IMG/VR virus record: IMGVR_UViG_3300032219_002765
Location: 15,693 to 79,692 of that record
Origin: a virus
Lineage: Duplodnaviria > Caudoviricetes
Reading direction: 5' to 3' (one strand)
DNA length: 64,000 nucleotides
Position 1 is the stretch's first letter. Every line of letters starts with the position of its first letter. Shown piece after piece: positions 27,920 to 35,518 of this stretch. The position numbers and the translations under genes were made by a program. The notes below the pieces were generated by a model. That model saw only the letters and a program-made list of their open reading frames with translations. It was not told where the DNA came from and did not search any database.

Positions 27920-28249
27920 CTATACGCCCCGGATAATGTGTCCGTACTTCCCTTGCATCTCCTTAATGCGCCTCTGAAAATTTGGACTCTGAAGTGCTTT
28001 ATTCATCCGATCTTGAGCTGCAGGATCTTCCTGATCAAAACGAAGATTCGCATCAGGAACGCCAATTTCAAAACTAGGAGAACCAGCAACTAGATAATTG
28101 TCTAAAAACTCAACGGGAGTAGGAAGCGCGTTTGGTACATTCATACTTCCTTGAGCCTCTGGACTGTAACCGCGACCGGGAGGCAGCGCAGAAGTTGCGC
28201 CGGGCAAACTAGGACTAGCAGCTAATAACTGCCCGATGTTTTCGTACAT
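27920..28249 (-). CDS. Hypothetical protein
   Basis: 109-aa P-rich ORF. Confidence 0.6.
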   Translation of the reverse strand: MYENIGQLLAASPSLPGATSALPPGRGYSPEAQGSMNVPNALPTPVEFLDNYLVAGSPSFEIGVPDANLRFDQEDPAAQDRMNKALQSPNFQRRIKEMQGKYGHIIRGV

Positions 28250-28316
28250 GATTAGAACCCTATAAAAATATTTTACTAGTTTTTACTTGTATTAATGATA
28301 AATGCCTTTTATCGAG

Positions 28317-29129
28317 TTAACGAGTATACGGAAGTTTTCCTCTCAGGAAAGACTTAGCCATGTACTCCAGTTCGTTACCAGCTTTATCTACAACGCCAGA
28401 ATCAGCAAGGACTTTACTGGCGGCGATACCAGCAGCAAGTCCTAATCCAGCAGCTCCGGCAGGTCCACGCATCCGTGTGGCAGCAGGAATAGCTCGACTC
28501 AACAATGCACTGGCGCTAACCGCAGCGGCAGGTGCGGCTACCCGAGCAACATCTTCGACAGCAGCCGCAGGAATTCGCCGACTTCCCTGCTGAGCAATAA
28601 AACTATTTAACAAATTCAAAGCTTGCCGTTCAGGAGCGTATTCAGTAAAACGATGTAGTTCAGGAATATCAGCCATCCCAGGTCCGGTAGCCCGAATCGT
28701 TGCACCAGGACGATAAGGATTGTTTCCTAGTTGTAACCCAGGGATACTTAACTGACCTGGAGCCACGCGGGAAGCTAAAGCGTTAATTTCTTCAGCAATG
28801 GGTACATTAACCGGAACAGGGTCAAAAGCTATAAACGGTTGTCCTCTGCGGAAATTTTGTGGGTTTCCAGCTCGTGTAAAAAGGTTACCTTGAAAATATT
28901 CTGCGTTTGCAGGCGTGGGAGTTATCTTTGGTGGGTACAAGGGAAGATCTAACTGCCCTGGAGTTCGAGTAACTGCTTGACTTAAAGCTTCAATTTCAGC
29001 TGCGACGTTTGCAGGAATCGGGTCATAGGCAATAAAAGGTTGGCGCCGACCCGAAAAATTTTGAGGATTTCCTGCTCGGGTAAACAAATTACCCTGCAGT
29101 ACGTCGTTCAAAAGCGCTGAAGGATCCAC
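28317..29129 (-). CDS. Repeat-containing hypothetical protein with QGNLF and QL[D/S][L/I]P motifs
   Basis: Internal duplication of aa 12-64 and aa 80-131; first gene of the leftward block. Confidence 0.7.
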   Translation of the reverse strand: MDPSALLNDVLQGNLFTRAGNPQNFSGRRQPFIAYDPIPANVAAEIEALSQAVTRTPGQLDLPLYPPKITPTPANAEYFQGNLFTRAGNPQNFRRGQPFIAFDPVPVNVPIAEEINALASRVAPGQLSIPGLQLGNNPYRPGATIRATGPGMADIPELHRFTEYAPERQALNLLNSFIAQQGSRRIPAAAVEDVARVAAPAAAVSASALLSRAIPAATRMRGPAGAAGLGLAAGIAASKVLADSGVVDKAGNELEYMAKSFLRGKLPYTR

Positions 29130-29149
29130 TTTAAGTCTAAAAAGCAGTC

Positions 29150-29600
29150 TTGACCTCGAATTATTCTACTCGAACAACGCAAACGGAAAAAAATTTTTAG
29201 GTCTCCCACGAGGGAAAAAAATTTTAAAAAAGGCATCCTACCCCGTTCTGGGGTGGCAAAACTCAGTTTTTGAGTCATTTCGGAGGATAAAACCCGATTT
29301 TTAGCCCCGCGTGGAAAATGTCAGTTTATTAACATACAGGAGGTTTCGCCCCACTTTACCCGCAAGATTATGAAAGTGTTCTCGCCCACCCCGTCGATCA
29401 AAGCGCGTATATAAAAAAAAGGGCGTTTTGCGGGCAGATTGCGGCCAAGTTTGTTACACATAGCGCCAGGGGTTAGTTATATCGGGGTCCTATCACGTTT
29501 TTCCACAGGCAAACATTTAGTTTTATGTAGTTTTACACTTAGTGGGGCACGTTACAACTTTTTAAGTTTGCTTGACAAAGCGGCCGAGCCCATGGTATTT
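29150..29600. other. Divergent non-coding control region (candidate origin/terminus)
   Basis: The coding strand switches here. Contains multiple A/T tracts, short hairpins and DnaA-box-like TTTTCCACA (29499-29507) and TTTTCCACG (minus strand, 29310-29318). Confidence 0.55.
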
Positions 29601-29601
29601 G
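29572..29601 (+). promoter_or_regulatory. Sigma70-type promoter
   Basis: TTGACA-N18-TATTTG with an upstream TG (extended -10). Confidence 0.55.
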
Positions 29602-29963
29602 CGCGAGCGGGCGCGGGCGCGGTTCCGTTACTAGGTGAGCTCGATGCGCAGTGTGCCAATCAAATCACTGACACAAATCTATTGACGGGCGAACCACCCT
29701 GCGAATACCTTTATGGAGTCGGAGGCGAGAGCCCCGGCCGAACCTAGACAACCGAACCAACCCGCGACGGCCGAACGGGCCCCGCGCCTGTCCCTGATGG
29801 TAGGGAGTACCTCCCCGAAGTGTAGGGAATGGCAGGCATGGTGTGCCCCAACGTGAGCGGCGGGAAAGGTAAGGTCTCTAGGTTTGCGAACCTTGACAAC
29901 AGAATAAGTGTAAGCAAGTAGGGAGCCGTGAGGTAACCGAAACGTACTGCGCTTGTTCTTTAA

Positions 29964-29969
29964 TATAAT
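29964..29969 (+). promoter_or_regulatory. -10 element for the early transcript / structured RNA
   Basis: Perfect TATAAT; a start about 5-7 nt downstream coincides with the 5' strand of the first helix. Confidence 0.55.
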
Positions 29970-29973
29970 TCCC

Positions 29974-30470
29974 ATACAGTGTGGACAATGCAGCTGAACC
30001 TAAGTAGGCCATTGGATAAGCACTCTCCACTGTATGTCAGCGGGCATCTTGTCTTTAACTAAGGCAAAGTAGCGACGCTAAACGTCAGCAACTCTCGTCA
30101 GGTTGCAGCTGAATACAACCCTTGTCTGGTTGCAGTTAGTTACAGTTGCCGCAGATTCTATGTCCAGCGTACCTGTGTCTAATGCAGATACGCTGGCCAC
30201 TGGACACTAGTACTTCACCACGGCGTTTCCGTGCGATGGCAGGACTAGTTATCAGCCAGTGATTCATTCTGTGCACTGTAACTAACTGTATGCCTGGCAA
30301 TTTGTTTTAAGTTTCCTCAGAGAAGTTTACTCTGAGCGGTTGCAGATCTGCTGTAACTTGTCAACAGGCAGGATCAATTAAAGATCACATTGGATCATAT
30401 ATGATCATGAGACTTCAGACTCTCTCCTGCTGAGTTTAACTAACTCAGCCCGAGGGATTCATTCTCTCAC
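29974..30470 (+). ncRNA. Candidate large structured RNA / structured early leader
   Basis: Nested helices: 29974-85/30026-35; 30131-46/30275-90 (16 bp, one G-U); 30164-71/30189-96; 30198-203/30256-61; 30206-11/30244-49; 30219-23/30229-33. Hairpins at 30316-36 and 30429-49. No credible ORF. Confidence 0.6.
30372..30407. repeat. Four helically phased GATCA sites
   Basis: GATC at 30372, 30383, 30393 and 30403; 30393-30406 is a perfect 14-bp palindrome. Confidence 0.85.
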
Positions 30471-30500
30471 CCTTCCACTTTGTTTCAACAGGTGTTAATC

Positions 30501-30746
30501 ATGACTGCTACACAAGTGTTACATTATTGCGCATCAAACGATCGCAACGGCAACCCTCAACGTTGCTACGTTCTAGTTGATGCTGACGGCAACAAGTTAG
30601 CTGCCTGGGATGAGGGATACGAAGGCCATCATGCTGTGCCCGATGTATGGCGGGATGCTGCATACGCTGCAGAGCGTATCAATTGCAGCATGACATGGTA
30701 TCGTAAGATGTTACGCACACTGCCTACATATCCTTTCTCACTGTAA
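30501..30746 (+). CDS. Early hypothetical protein
   Basis: Start moved to the ATG at 30501 (TTAATC-ATG context). Confidence 0.7.
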   Translation: MTATQVLHYCASNDRNGNPQRCYVLVDADGNKLAAWDEGYEGHHAVPDVWRDAAYAAERINCSMTWYRKMLRTLPTYPFSL

Positions 30747-30770
30747 TTAACTCACTCACTCTTTAACATC

Positions 30771-31094
30771 ATGTCCCTCACAATCAAGACTAACAACGTG
30801 CCACGTGAAACATTCTGTGGCATGTTAGCTGACATGTTTGTCGGCGAGGCTAAGGCTAATAAACTGCGTGAGCAGTTTGATTATCTAACTGATGAGGAGT
30901 TTGAAGTAACCGACTTCATACAGTATCGCGGTTACTTCTATTCTATGGGTGACTTTATGCGTACAGAATCTAATGCTAGTCATGACCTATCTGGCTGGGA
31001 TGGTTATGCATCAGATAGTTTCTTCAGTGGGGTATGTATTAAGTTTTACGATAGTCCGTATGGTGAAGTTATAGTCGGCACATATTACTGCTGA
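30771..31094 (+). CDS. Early conserved phage hypothetical protein
   Basis: TNNVPR...FDY...YRGYFY...WDGY.SDSFFSG pattern. Confidence 0.8.
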   Translation: MSLTIKTNNVPRETFCGMLADMFVGEAKANKLREQFDYLTDEEFEVTDFIQYRGYFYSMGDFMRTESNASHDLSGWDGYASDSFFSGVCIKFYDSPYGEVIVGTYYC

Positions 31095-31108
31095 TACATA
31101 TAACTAAC

Positions 31109-31152
31109 GGGAACGCTTAGTGTGAGCGGGGGATCGAATCCCTAGCGTTCCT
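31109..31152 (+). ncRNA. tRNA-like mini-element 1
   Basis: GGAACGCT/AGCGTTCC stem enclosing a T-arm-like GGGG-ATCGAAT-CCCT; intergenic. Confidence 0.45.
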
Positions 31153-31203
31153 ATTGCCCTTCACTTAAATGTGTAGGGCTTTGTTCTATACCTACATCAC
31201 ATC

Positions 31204-31551
31204 ATGCGAGTGATCGAACAGCAAATGCTGGATGCAATCCGCGATCATAAAGATTGGCGGCTAAGCAATACCAGCGTTCAGTGTACACAATTTGTACACA
31301 GCGATAGAGTTATCGACAGGATCACAGTGTATCTGCATAACAGCGCGATCGCAGTGATTACTCCCACGGATGTAACTGTCTGCGATTGTGGTTATCAGAC
31401 ACCTACAACTAAGTCGCGACTTAATGTAATACTGCGCGAGCTATGTGGCGCTGGTATTTATCAGAAGAATCATACATGGTTTGCATCTGCATTAGAAGAA
31501 ACTGACTGGGAGATTGAATCTAACAGCCGTCATTGTTTCGTACGAGGTTAA
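31204..31551 (+). CDS. Early conserved cyanophage hypothetical protein
   Basis: MRVIEQQM..AI...W...NT.V...VYLHN..IA...GYQTPTTKSRLN pattern. Confidence 0.8.
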   Translation: MRVIEQQMLDAIRDHKDWRLSNTSVQCTQFVHSDRVIDRITVYLHNSAIAVITPTDVTVCDCGYQTPTTKSRLNVILRELCGAGIYQKNHTWFASALEETDWEIESNSRHCFVRG

Positions 31552-31555
31552 CCAA

Positions 31556-31720
31556 ATGGCTTACTACATTCAACGGCGCGAAGGTGGCAAGATCGAAACT
31601 ATTGACGAGATTGATGATAGGAGGGAGGCATACAAAGTGGTCAGGGAATATAACATTTCCGATCAAAGTGCGTTCCATTATGTATCAATCCGTGCATGTA
31701 AGTCATGGGCAAACCGCTAA
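31556..31720 (+). CDS. Early hypothetical protein
   Basis: Start moved to the ATG at 31556 (MAYYIQRR...ETIDE), after GAGG. Confidence 0.7.
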   Translation: MAYYIQRREGGKIETIDEIDDRREAYKVVREYNISDQSAFHYVSIRACKSWANR

Positions 31721-31771
31721 CGCGGGCCGCCGCACAGTTTACTTTAGTGTACACACATTCTCTTTAACATC

Positions 31772-32032
31772 ATGACCAAACGCAAAACAGTTAGTGTTGC
31801 TTACCTGAGAGATTGGGTCAATGAACGACTCACGTCGGACCACTTAACGCCAGAGCATAAACGTGGGCTGGCAAATGCACTAGATCAAGTGTTACATAAC
31901 ACTGGAAACTACAACGGATTTGGCTACATTTACTGTGACGATGAGCGCCCATGCTTACCAGATAAAGTAGGCGCTGAGGCTTGCAATCCCAACTGGACTG
32001 AGTATCACGAAACCCGTCGCTTCTATTACTAA
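31772..32032 (+). CDS. Early conserved phage hypothetical protein
   Basis: RKTVSV...N..L...LDQVLHNTGNYNGFGY; AACATC-ATG start. Confidence 0.8.
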   Translation: MTKRKTVSVAYLRDWVNERLTSDHLTPEHKRGLANALDQVLHNTGNYNGFGYIYCDDERPCLPDKVGAEACNPNWTEYHETRRFYY

Positions 32033-32036
32033 CACC

Positions 32037-32258
32037 ATGACTATTAACAACACCGTATCTACTTTTAACCCTGAAACTGTGCGGGAAGCCTATGCTCAAG
32101 AGATACTAGATGGAATGGATTACAAGACAATGGAACGTTTCGTTTATGACACTTTGTGTGACAACTTAACCTCTTATTCTAATGAACAACTAAAGACTGA
32201 GATTGTGGAGTGTTACGGTGAAGAATGGTTTGCATCTTTAATCACAAACAACAACTAA
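32037..32258 (+). CDS. Early acidic helical protein
   Basis: 13 D/E versus 4 K/R; AACACC-ATG start. Confidence 0.75.
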   Translation: MTINNTVSTFNPETVREAYAQEILDGMDYKTMERFVYDTLCDNLTSYSNEQLKTEIVECYGEEWFASLITNNN

Positions 32259-32262
32259 CATC

Positions 32263-32475
32263 ATGAAATACACATTTCGCCGCCACGATGGTCGTGGCAA
32301 ACGTTGGTCAGTCTATGCTGCTCGTTTTATTACAGATGTAGGCACAACGTATGCACTCGAATGGTTTGATACATACGAGGATGCAAATCAAGCAGCTGAT
32401 GAGATGAAAGCAGATGGCAGATTCCGTGGAATCTCTATCTACTCACGCAGCCAAGAGACTGCAAACTTTAACTAA
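32263..32475 (+). CDS. Early hypothetical protein
   Basis: AACATC-ATG start. Confidence 0.7.
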   Translation: MKYTFRRHDGRGKRWSVYAARFITDVGTTYALEWFDTYEDANQAADEMKADGRFRGISIYSRSQETANFN

Positions 32476-32489
32476 CACAACTACACATC

Positions 32490-32753
32490 ATGGAAGTTTC
32501 ATTCCCGCTAACTCTTACAGAGCAACAACTGTACATTTTGCAGGATCTAGCTAAAGATCACTATCGAACGCTACAGAATCTAATCGGTATGCTAATTACT
32601 GACGGCATACAAAGTTACAAATACAGTCACGACTATTGCGTTAAAAAACGCGCCGAAGATCGTGAAGGTGACAAAGAGTTTCAACAGTATAGCGAGGAGG
32701 AGATTGATACTATCTTTTCTTCTCTCCCTTTTCTCTCTACACAATCACACTAA
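32490..32753 (+). CDS. Early hypothetical protein
   Basis: ACACATC-ATG start. Confidence 0.7.
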   Translation: MEVSFPLTLTEQQLYILQDLAKDHYRTLQNLIGMLITDGIQSYKYSHDYCVKKRAEDREGDKEFQQYSEEEIDTIFSSLPFLSTQSH

Positions 32754-32756
32754 ATC

Positions 32757-33026
32757 ATGATTAACACTGAACTGGACTACACTTACAAGACTGCACATTA
32801 TCCCAACACAGTTAGTTGGTACCGCGAACTTGTTTATCTTGGTGATGAACTTGTGGGTGAGATCTGCGAACCTACTGAGTCCACGTCGCGAGCAAAGATC
32901 TACAACGTACGCAAATATATACCGCTACAGGTTACTGACGGCAACGTTGGTATCAGCAAAGTCATTAAATCATATGCAACAGTGTATGAATGTAAAGAGT
33001 ACATCAACAACGGAGGAATCAAATGA
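32757..33026 (+). CDS. Early hypothetical protein
   Basis: TAAATC-ATG start; coupled to the next gene. Confidence 0.7.
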   Translation: MINTELDYTYKTAHYPNTVSWYRELVYLGDELVGEICEPTESTSRAKIYNVRKYIPLQVTDGNVGISKVIKSYATVYECKEYINNGGIK

Positions 33027-33220
33027 TTGACTTCACTAATGTCGTGGACTACCTAACAGTTACATGGCAAAACTGTGATGATCCTTTGGATACATACCAG
33101 CTTGCCGAGCAAATAATCGACCGCATTACATCAGACAACCCCTCTATGAATGAAATTGACGAGATTATTGATGAACTTAACGCCGAATATCGTTTAGTAA
33201 GTAAGCATGATGAATACTAA
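33023..33220 (+). CDS. Early highly acidic protein
   Basis: 16 D/E versus 3 K/R in 65 aa; GGAGG SD. Confidence 0.7.
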   Translation: MIDFTNVVDYLTVTWQNCDDPLDTYQLAEQIIDRITSDNPSMNEIDEIIDELNAEYRLVSKHDEY

Positions 33221-33458
33221 TCATGTACCTCATACCACGGAGGCTGTTCTAGATCTTATACCGCCCGATTCACTGTTAGCTGCTATCAGATACAATATAT
33301 CAGGGTTTTACTCTGACGATTGGGAAGCACGGCATCAATTAGCCGGTAACTCTTTGTGTCTATATGTGTTTCAAACGCATGGGCAACAATCTAAAGTTGG
33401 GCAAGCTGCACAACAACTGTTTGATCTGATTAACAAACCCTGCACTAAACCCCAATGA
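33207..33458 (+). CDS. Early hypothetical protein
   Basis: Overlapping, coupled ORF. Confidence 0.6.
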   Translation: MMNTNHVPHTTEAVLDLIPPDSLLAAIRYNISGFYSDDWEARHQLAGNSLCLYVFQTHGQQSKVGQAAQQLFDLINKPCTKPQ

Positions 33459-33616
33459 CTCACATGAAAGCTCAGACTAAGCTCAACCTATTTTTGAGCT
33501 TGTTTGTTATGTTCATCGTACTTTCTTGTTCTACTACTACATTTGCAGCAAGTGCAATCTTTCTCGCACTTAGTTTTGCTTGTTTGTTTCTTGATCATCT
33601 ATTCCCCCACGCTTGA
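33455..33616 (+). CDS. Early small membrane protein (53 aa)
   Basis: Not in the ORF track; ATGA-coupled; two hydrophobic helices LFLSLFVMFIVLS and AIFLALSFACLFL. Confidence 0.6.
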   Translation: MTHMKAQTKLNLFLSLFVMFIVLSCSTTTFAASAIFLALSFACLFLDHLFPHA

Positions 33617-33622
33617 CTAACA

Positions 33623-33838
33623 ATGGACATCTTACCTTGCAGCTCTATTGACATTACCAACTTTATAGGAGCGCTACTCGTTAACGAGAATGGTGGCGAA
33701 TTCTATTGCACCAGAATTAAATTCTCTTTAAACGATAACATCATCTTGATAGAACTTAGCGAAGAACGTGGTGGGCAACCGTATGCTTCTATCCCATTTA
33801 AAAATCTAAATAAACATAACTGGTCAGTTCAATTCTGA
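33623..33838 (+). CDS. Early hypothetical protein
   Basis: CTAACA-ATG start. Confidence 0.65.
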   Translation: MDILPCSSIDITNFIGALLVNENGGEFYCTRIKFSLNDNIILIELSEERGGQPYASIPFKNLNKHNWSVQF

Positions 33839-33848
33839 CCTTGCGGGT

Positions 33849-33880
33849 AAGTAATTGTACAAGTAACTGTACAAGTAAAC
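33849..33880. repeat. Tandem 12-bp repeat
   Basis: AAGTAATTGTAC, AAGTAACTGTAC, then a partial AAGTAAAC; intergenic. Confidence 0.8.
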
Positions 33881-33905
33881 CATCACACAGTTTCACACAA
33901 ACACA

Positions 33906-34130
33906 ATGAACTACTACTTCATCGAAGTCACCGATACATTTGGTGGCGAAGCAAACTACAGCTGGGTTAACAAGTACTGCGTCGAAGCTACTGACAAGAC
34001 AGCAGTACGTAGAGCCAAGAAAGCTATTGGCTGGAACGGCATACGGTGTGATCGAGAAGACTGTGGGGAATACATAAAGTTAATCCCACGCGGTATGTGT
34101 CAGGTAGCGTTCATTCAAATGGAGTCCTAA
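33906..34130 (+). CDS. Early conserved phage hypothetical protein
   Basis: YFIEVTDTFGGEANYSWV pattern. Confidence 0.75.
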   Translation: MNYYFIEVTDTFGGEANYSWVNKYCVEATDKTAVRRAKKAIGWNGIRCDREDCGEYIKLIPRGMCQVAFIQMES

Positions 34131-34177
34131 ATTACTACTTGCTTCGCAAGGCCCGAATCACCTAACGCACACAACAA

Positions 34178-34387
34178 ATGAATTACTACAAGATTAAAGT
34201 ACAGATTGAATCTAATAACGGTGAAGAACTACAAATGGAAACACATAGAAACTTCACCGAAAATCGAAAAGCTCACGTCTTTGCTAGCGGATTTGCTGCT
34301 GGTTTTGCGATGGCATACGATGGCGCCATTTTAAACATGCAAATTGAGCAAATAGAGGATGATAGTAGGCAACAAACCTTATATTAG
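34178..34387 (+). CDS. Early hypothetical protein
   Basis: ACAACAA-ATG start. Confidence 0.7.
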   Translation: MNYYKIKVQIESNNGEELQMETHRNFTENRKAHVFASGFAAGFAMAYDGAILNMQIEQIEDDSRQQTLY

Positions 34388-34429
34388 TTCTATAGCTACA
34401 GGAAACGGGAGGAAAATTACGTTAAGTAA

Positions 34430-34458
34430 TTGAGAACTATAAAAGATTTATATATAAG
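34430..34458 (+). promoter_or_regulatory. Sigma70-type promoter
   Basis: TTGAGA-N17-TATAAG in the intergenic gap. Confidence 0.5.
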
Positions 34459-34575
34459 ACAGGCTTGCCGAGCTAGCGTATTAAATTACTGTATACATCT
34501 GTGGTTACACTAACGCAAAACTTAAACTTTGCGGAGGTGATTCCACAGGTGGTGCGGTACACTTGATAAGATTGC

Positions 34576-34776
34576 TTGGTTTATTTCAATCCCGTGTTCT
34601 CAACTTCATCAACTGCATTAGCTAAGCAATTTGATGTTTTCGCGAAAAAGCCGAAAACTGGCTGGGCTTACTACCAAACAATCGAAGCCAACACGCCAGA
34701 GGAAGCTAAATCCAAGGTTATAGCCGAAAATTCTGATATACAGAACTATAAATTGGCGGTTTACCCTAAACGCTGA
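34576..34776 (+). CDS. Hypothetical protein
   Basis: YQTIEANTPEEAK motif; start uncertain. Confidence 0.55.
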   Translation: MVYFNPVFSTSSTALAKQFDVFAKKPKTGWAYYQTIEANTPEEAKSKVIAENSDIQNYKLAVYPKR

Positions 34777-34826
34777 CTGTATCCTTTAATTTCAGCCCCT
34801 GTATCATTAGATATGGGCTGATGTAC

Positions 34827-34896
34827 CGGAACGTCTGATGACCGTTGCGTATTGCGCAACGCGCAACGCGAGTAGGGTTTGATTCCCTCGGTTCCG
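34827..34896 (+). ncRNA. tRNA-like mini-element 2
   Basis: CGGAAC/GTTCCG stem enclosing GTC-TGAT-GAC, GTTGCG-TATTG-CGCAAC and a T-arm-like GGG-TTTGATT-CCC; preceded by a hairpin at 34792-34821. Confidence 0.4.
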
Positions 34897-34991
34897 ATTT
34901 ACGCGCAGATATAGAGCCTGTATGGTGGTATAGTAGGCACAGGCGGCACAGAGCCTTTAACGTGGTGCGATCACATCCAAATCAAAACCCC

Positions 34992-35417
34992 ATGGCCATC
35001 AAAACAACAGAGCTTGTGGCGCTAGCTGCCACGGCGGCAGAGGCTTACGATGAATGCGACACAGCTTTAACGGAGTTAAATCAATCCTTTGGAGTAGTGT
35101 ACGAAGCAACTAAAGACAATTTGTTGCGCGATGTAACCATTGCGTCAACACAAGGATTGGATCTTTCTGTATTCTCCGGAGAAGAAAGCCGCTTTAAGTT
35201 CCCTACTTACAACACAAACATTGTCGTAAGAATTACACGCAAACCAACTCCACACGTAAAGCTGGATAAACTACTCAGTGAAGTAGAGCAGCTAGAAAAG
35301 AGGTTAAAACTAGCTAAAACACGACTTAAAAACACTGCGGAAGAATTGGTGATTGCCGGTGAGTGTGATGAGACTATAGAGAAAATTGTACTAGCTTTTA
35401 CCAGATTGCGTAAATAG
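34992..35417 (+). CDS. Coiled-coil hypothetical protein
   Basis: Start moved to the ATG at 34992 (MAIKTTEL). Confidence 0.7.
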   Translation: MAIKTTELVALAATAAEAYDECDTALTELNQSFGVVYEATKDNLLRDVTIASTQGLDLSVFSGEESRFKFPTYNTNIVVRITRKPTPHVKLDKLLSEVEQLEKRLKLAKTRLKNTAEELVIAGECDETIEKIVLAFTRLRK

Positions 35418-35518
35418 AACAGTTTCAGTTTACTTGCTGTACTGCATTCAATAAGGTATAGTTGCTTGGGCTTAACGCCGCGAAGCAAGCCTCATCACTT
35501 TGTTTTTAACTAACTCAA

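Noticed and set aside
29439-29975. ORFs 29439..29747 (+) and 29679..29975 (-) in the control region
   Set aside because: They have weak starts, overlap promoter-like elements and show no recognisable motifs; more likely non-coding.
34835-34870. CTGATGA followed by a hairpin, resembling a hammerhead ribozyme core (also on the minus strand near 26963-26970)
   Set aside because: The required GAAA after stem II and a stem III/NUH site are missing in both cases.
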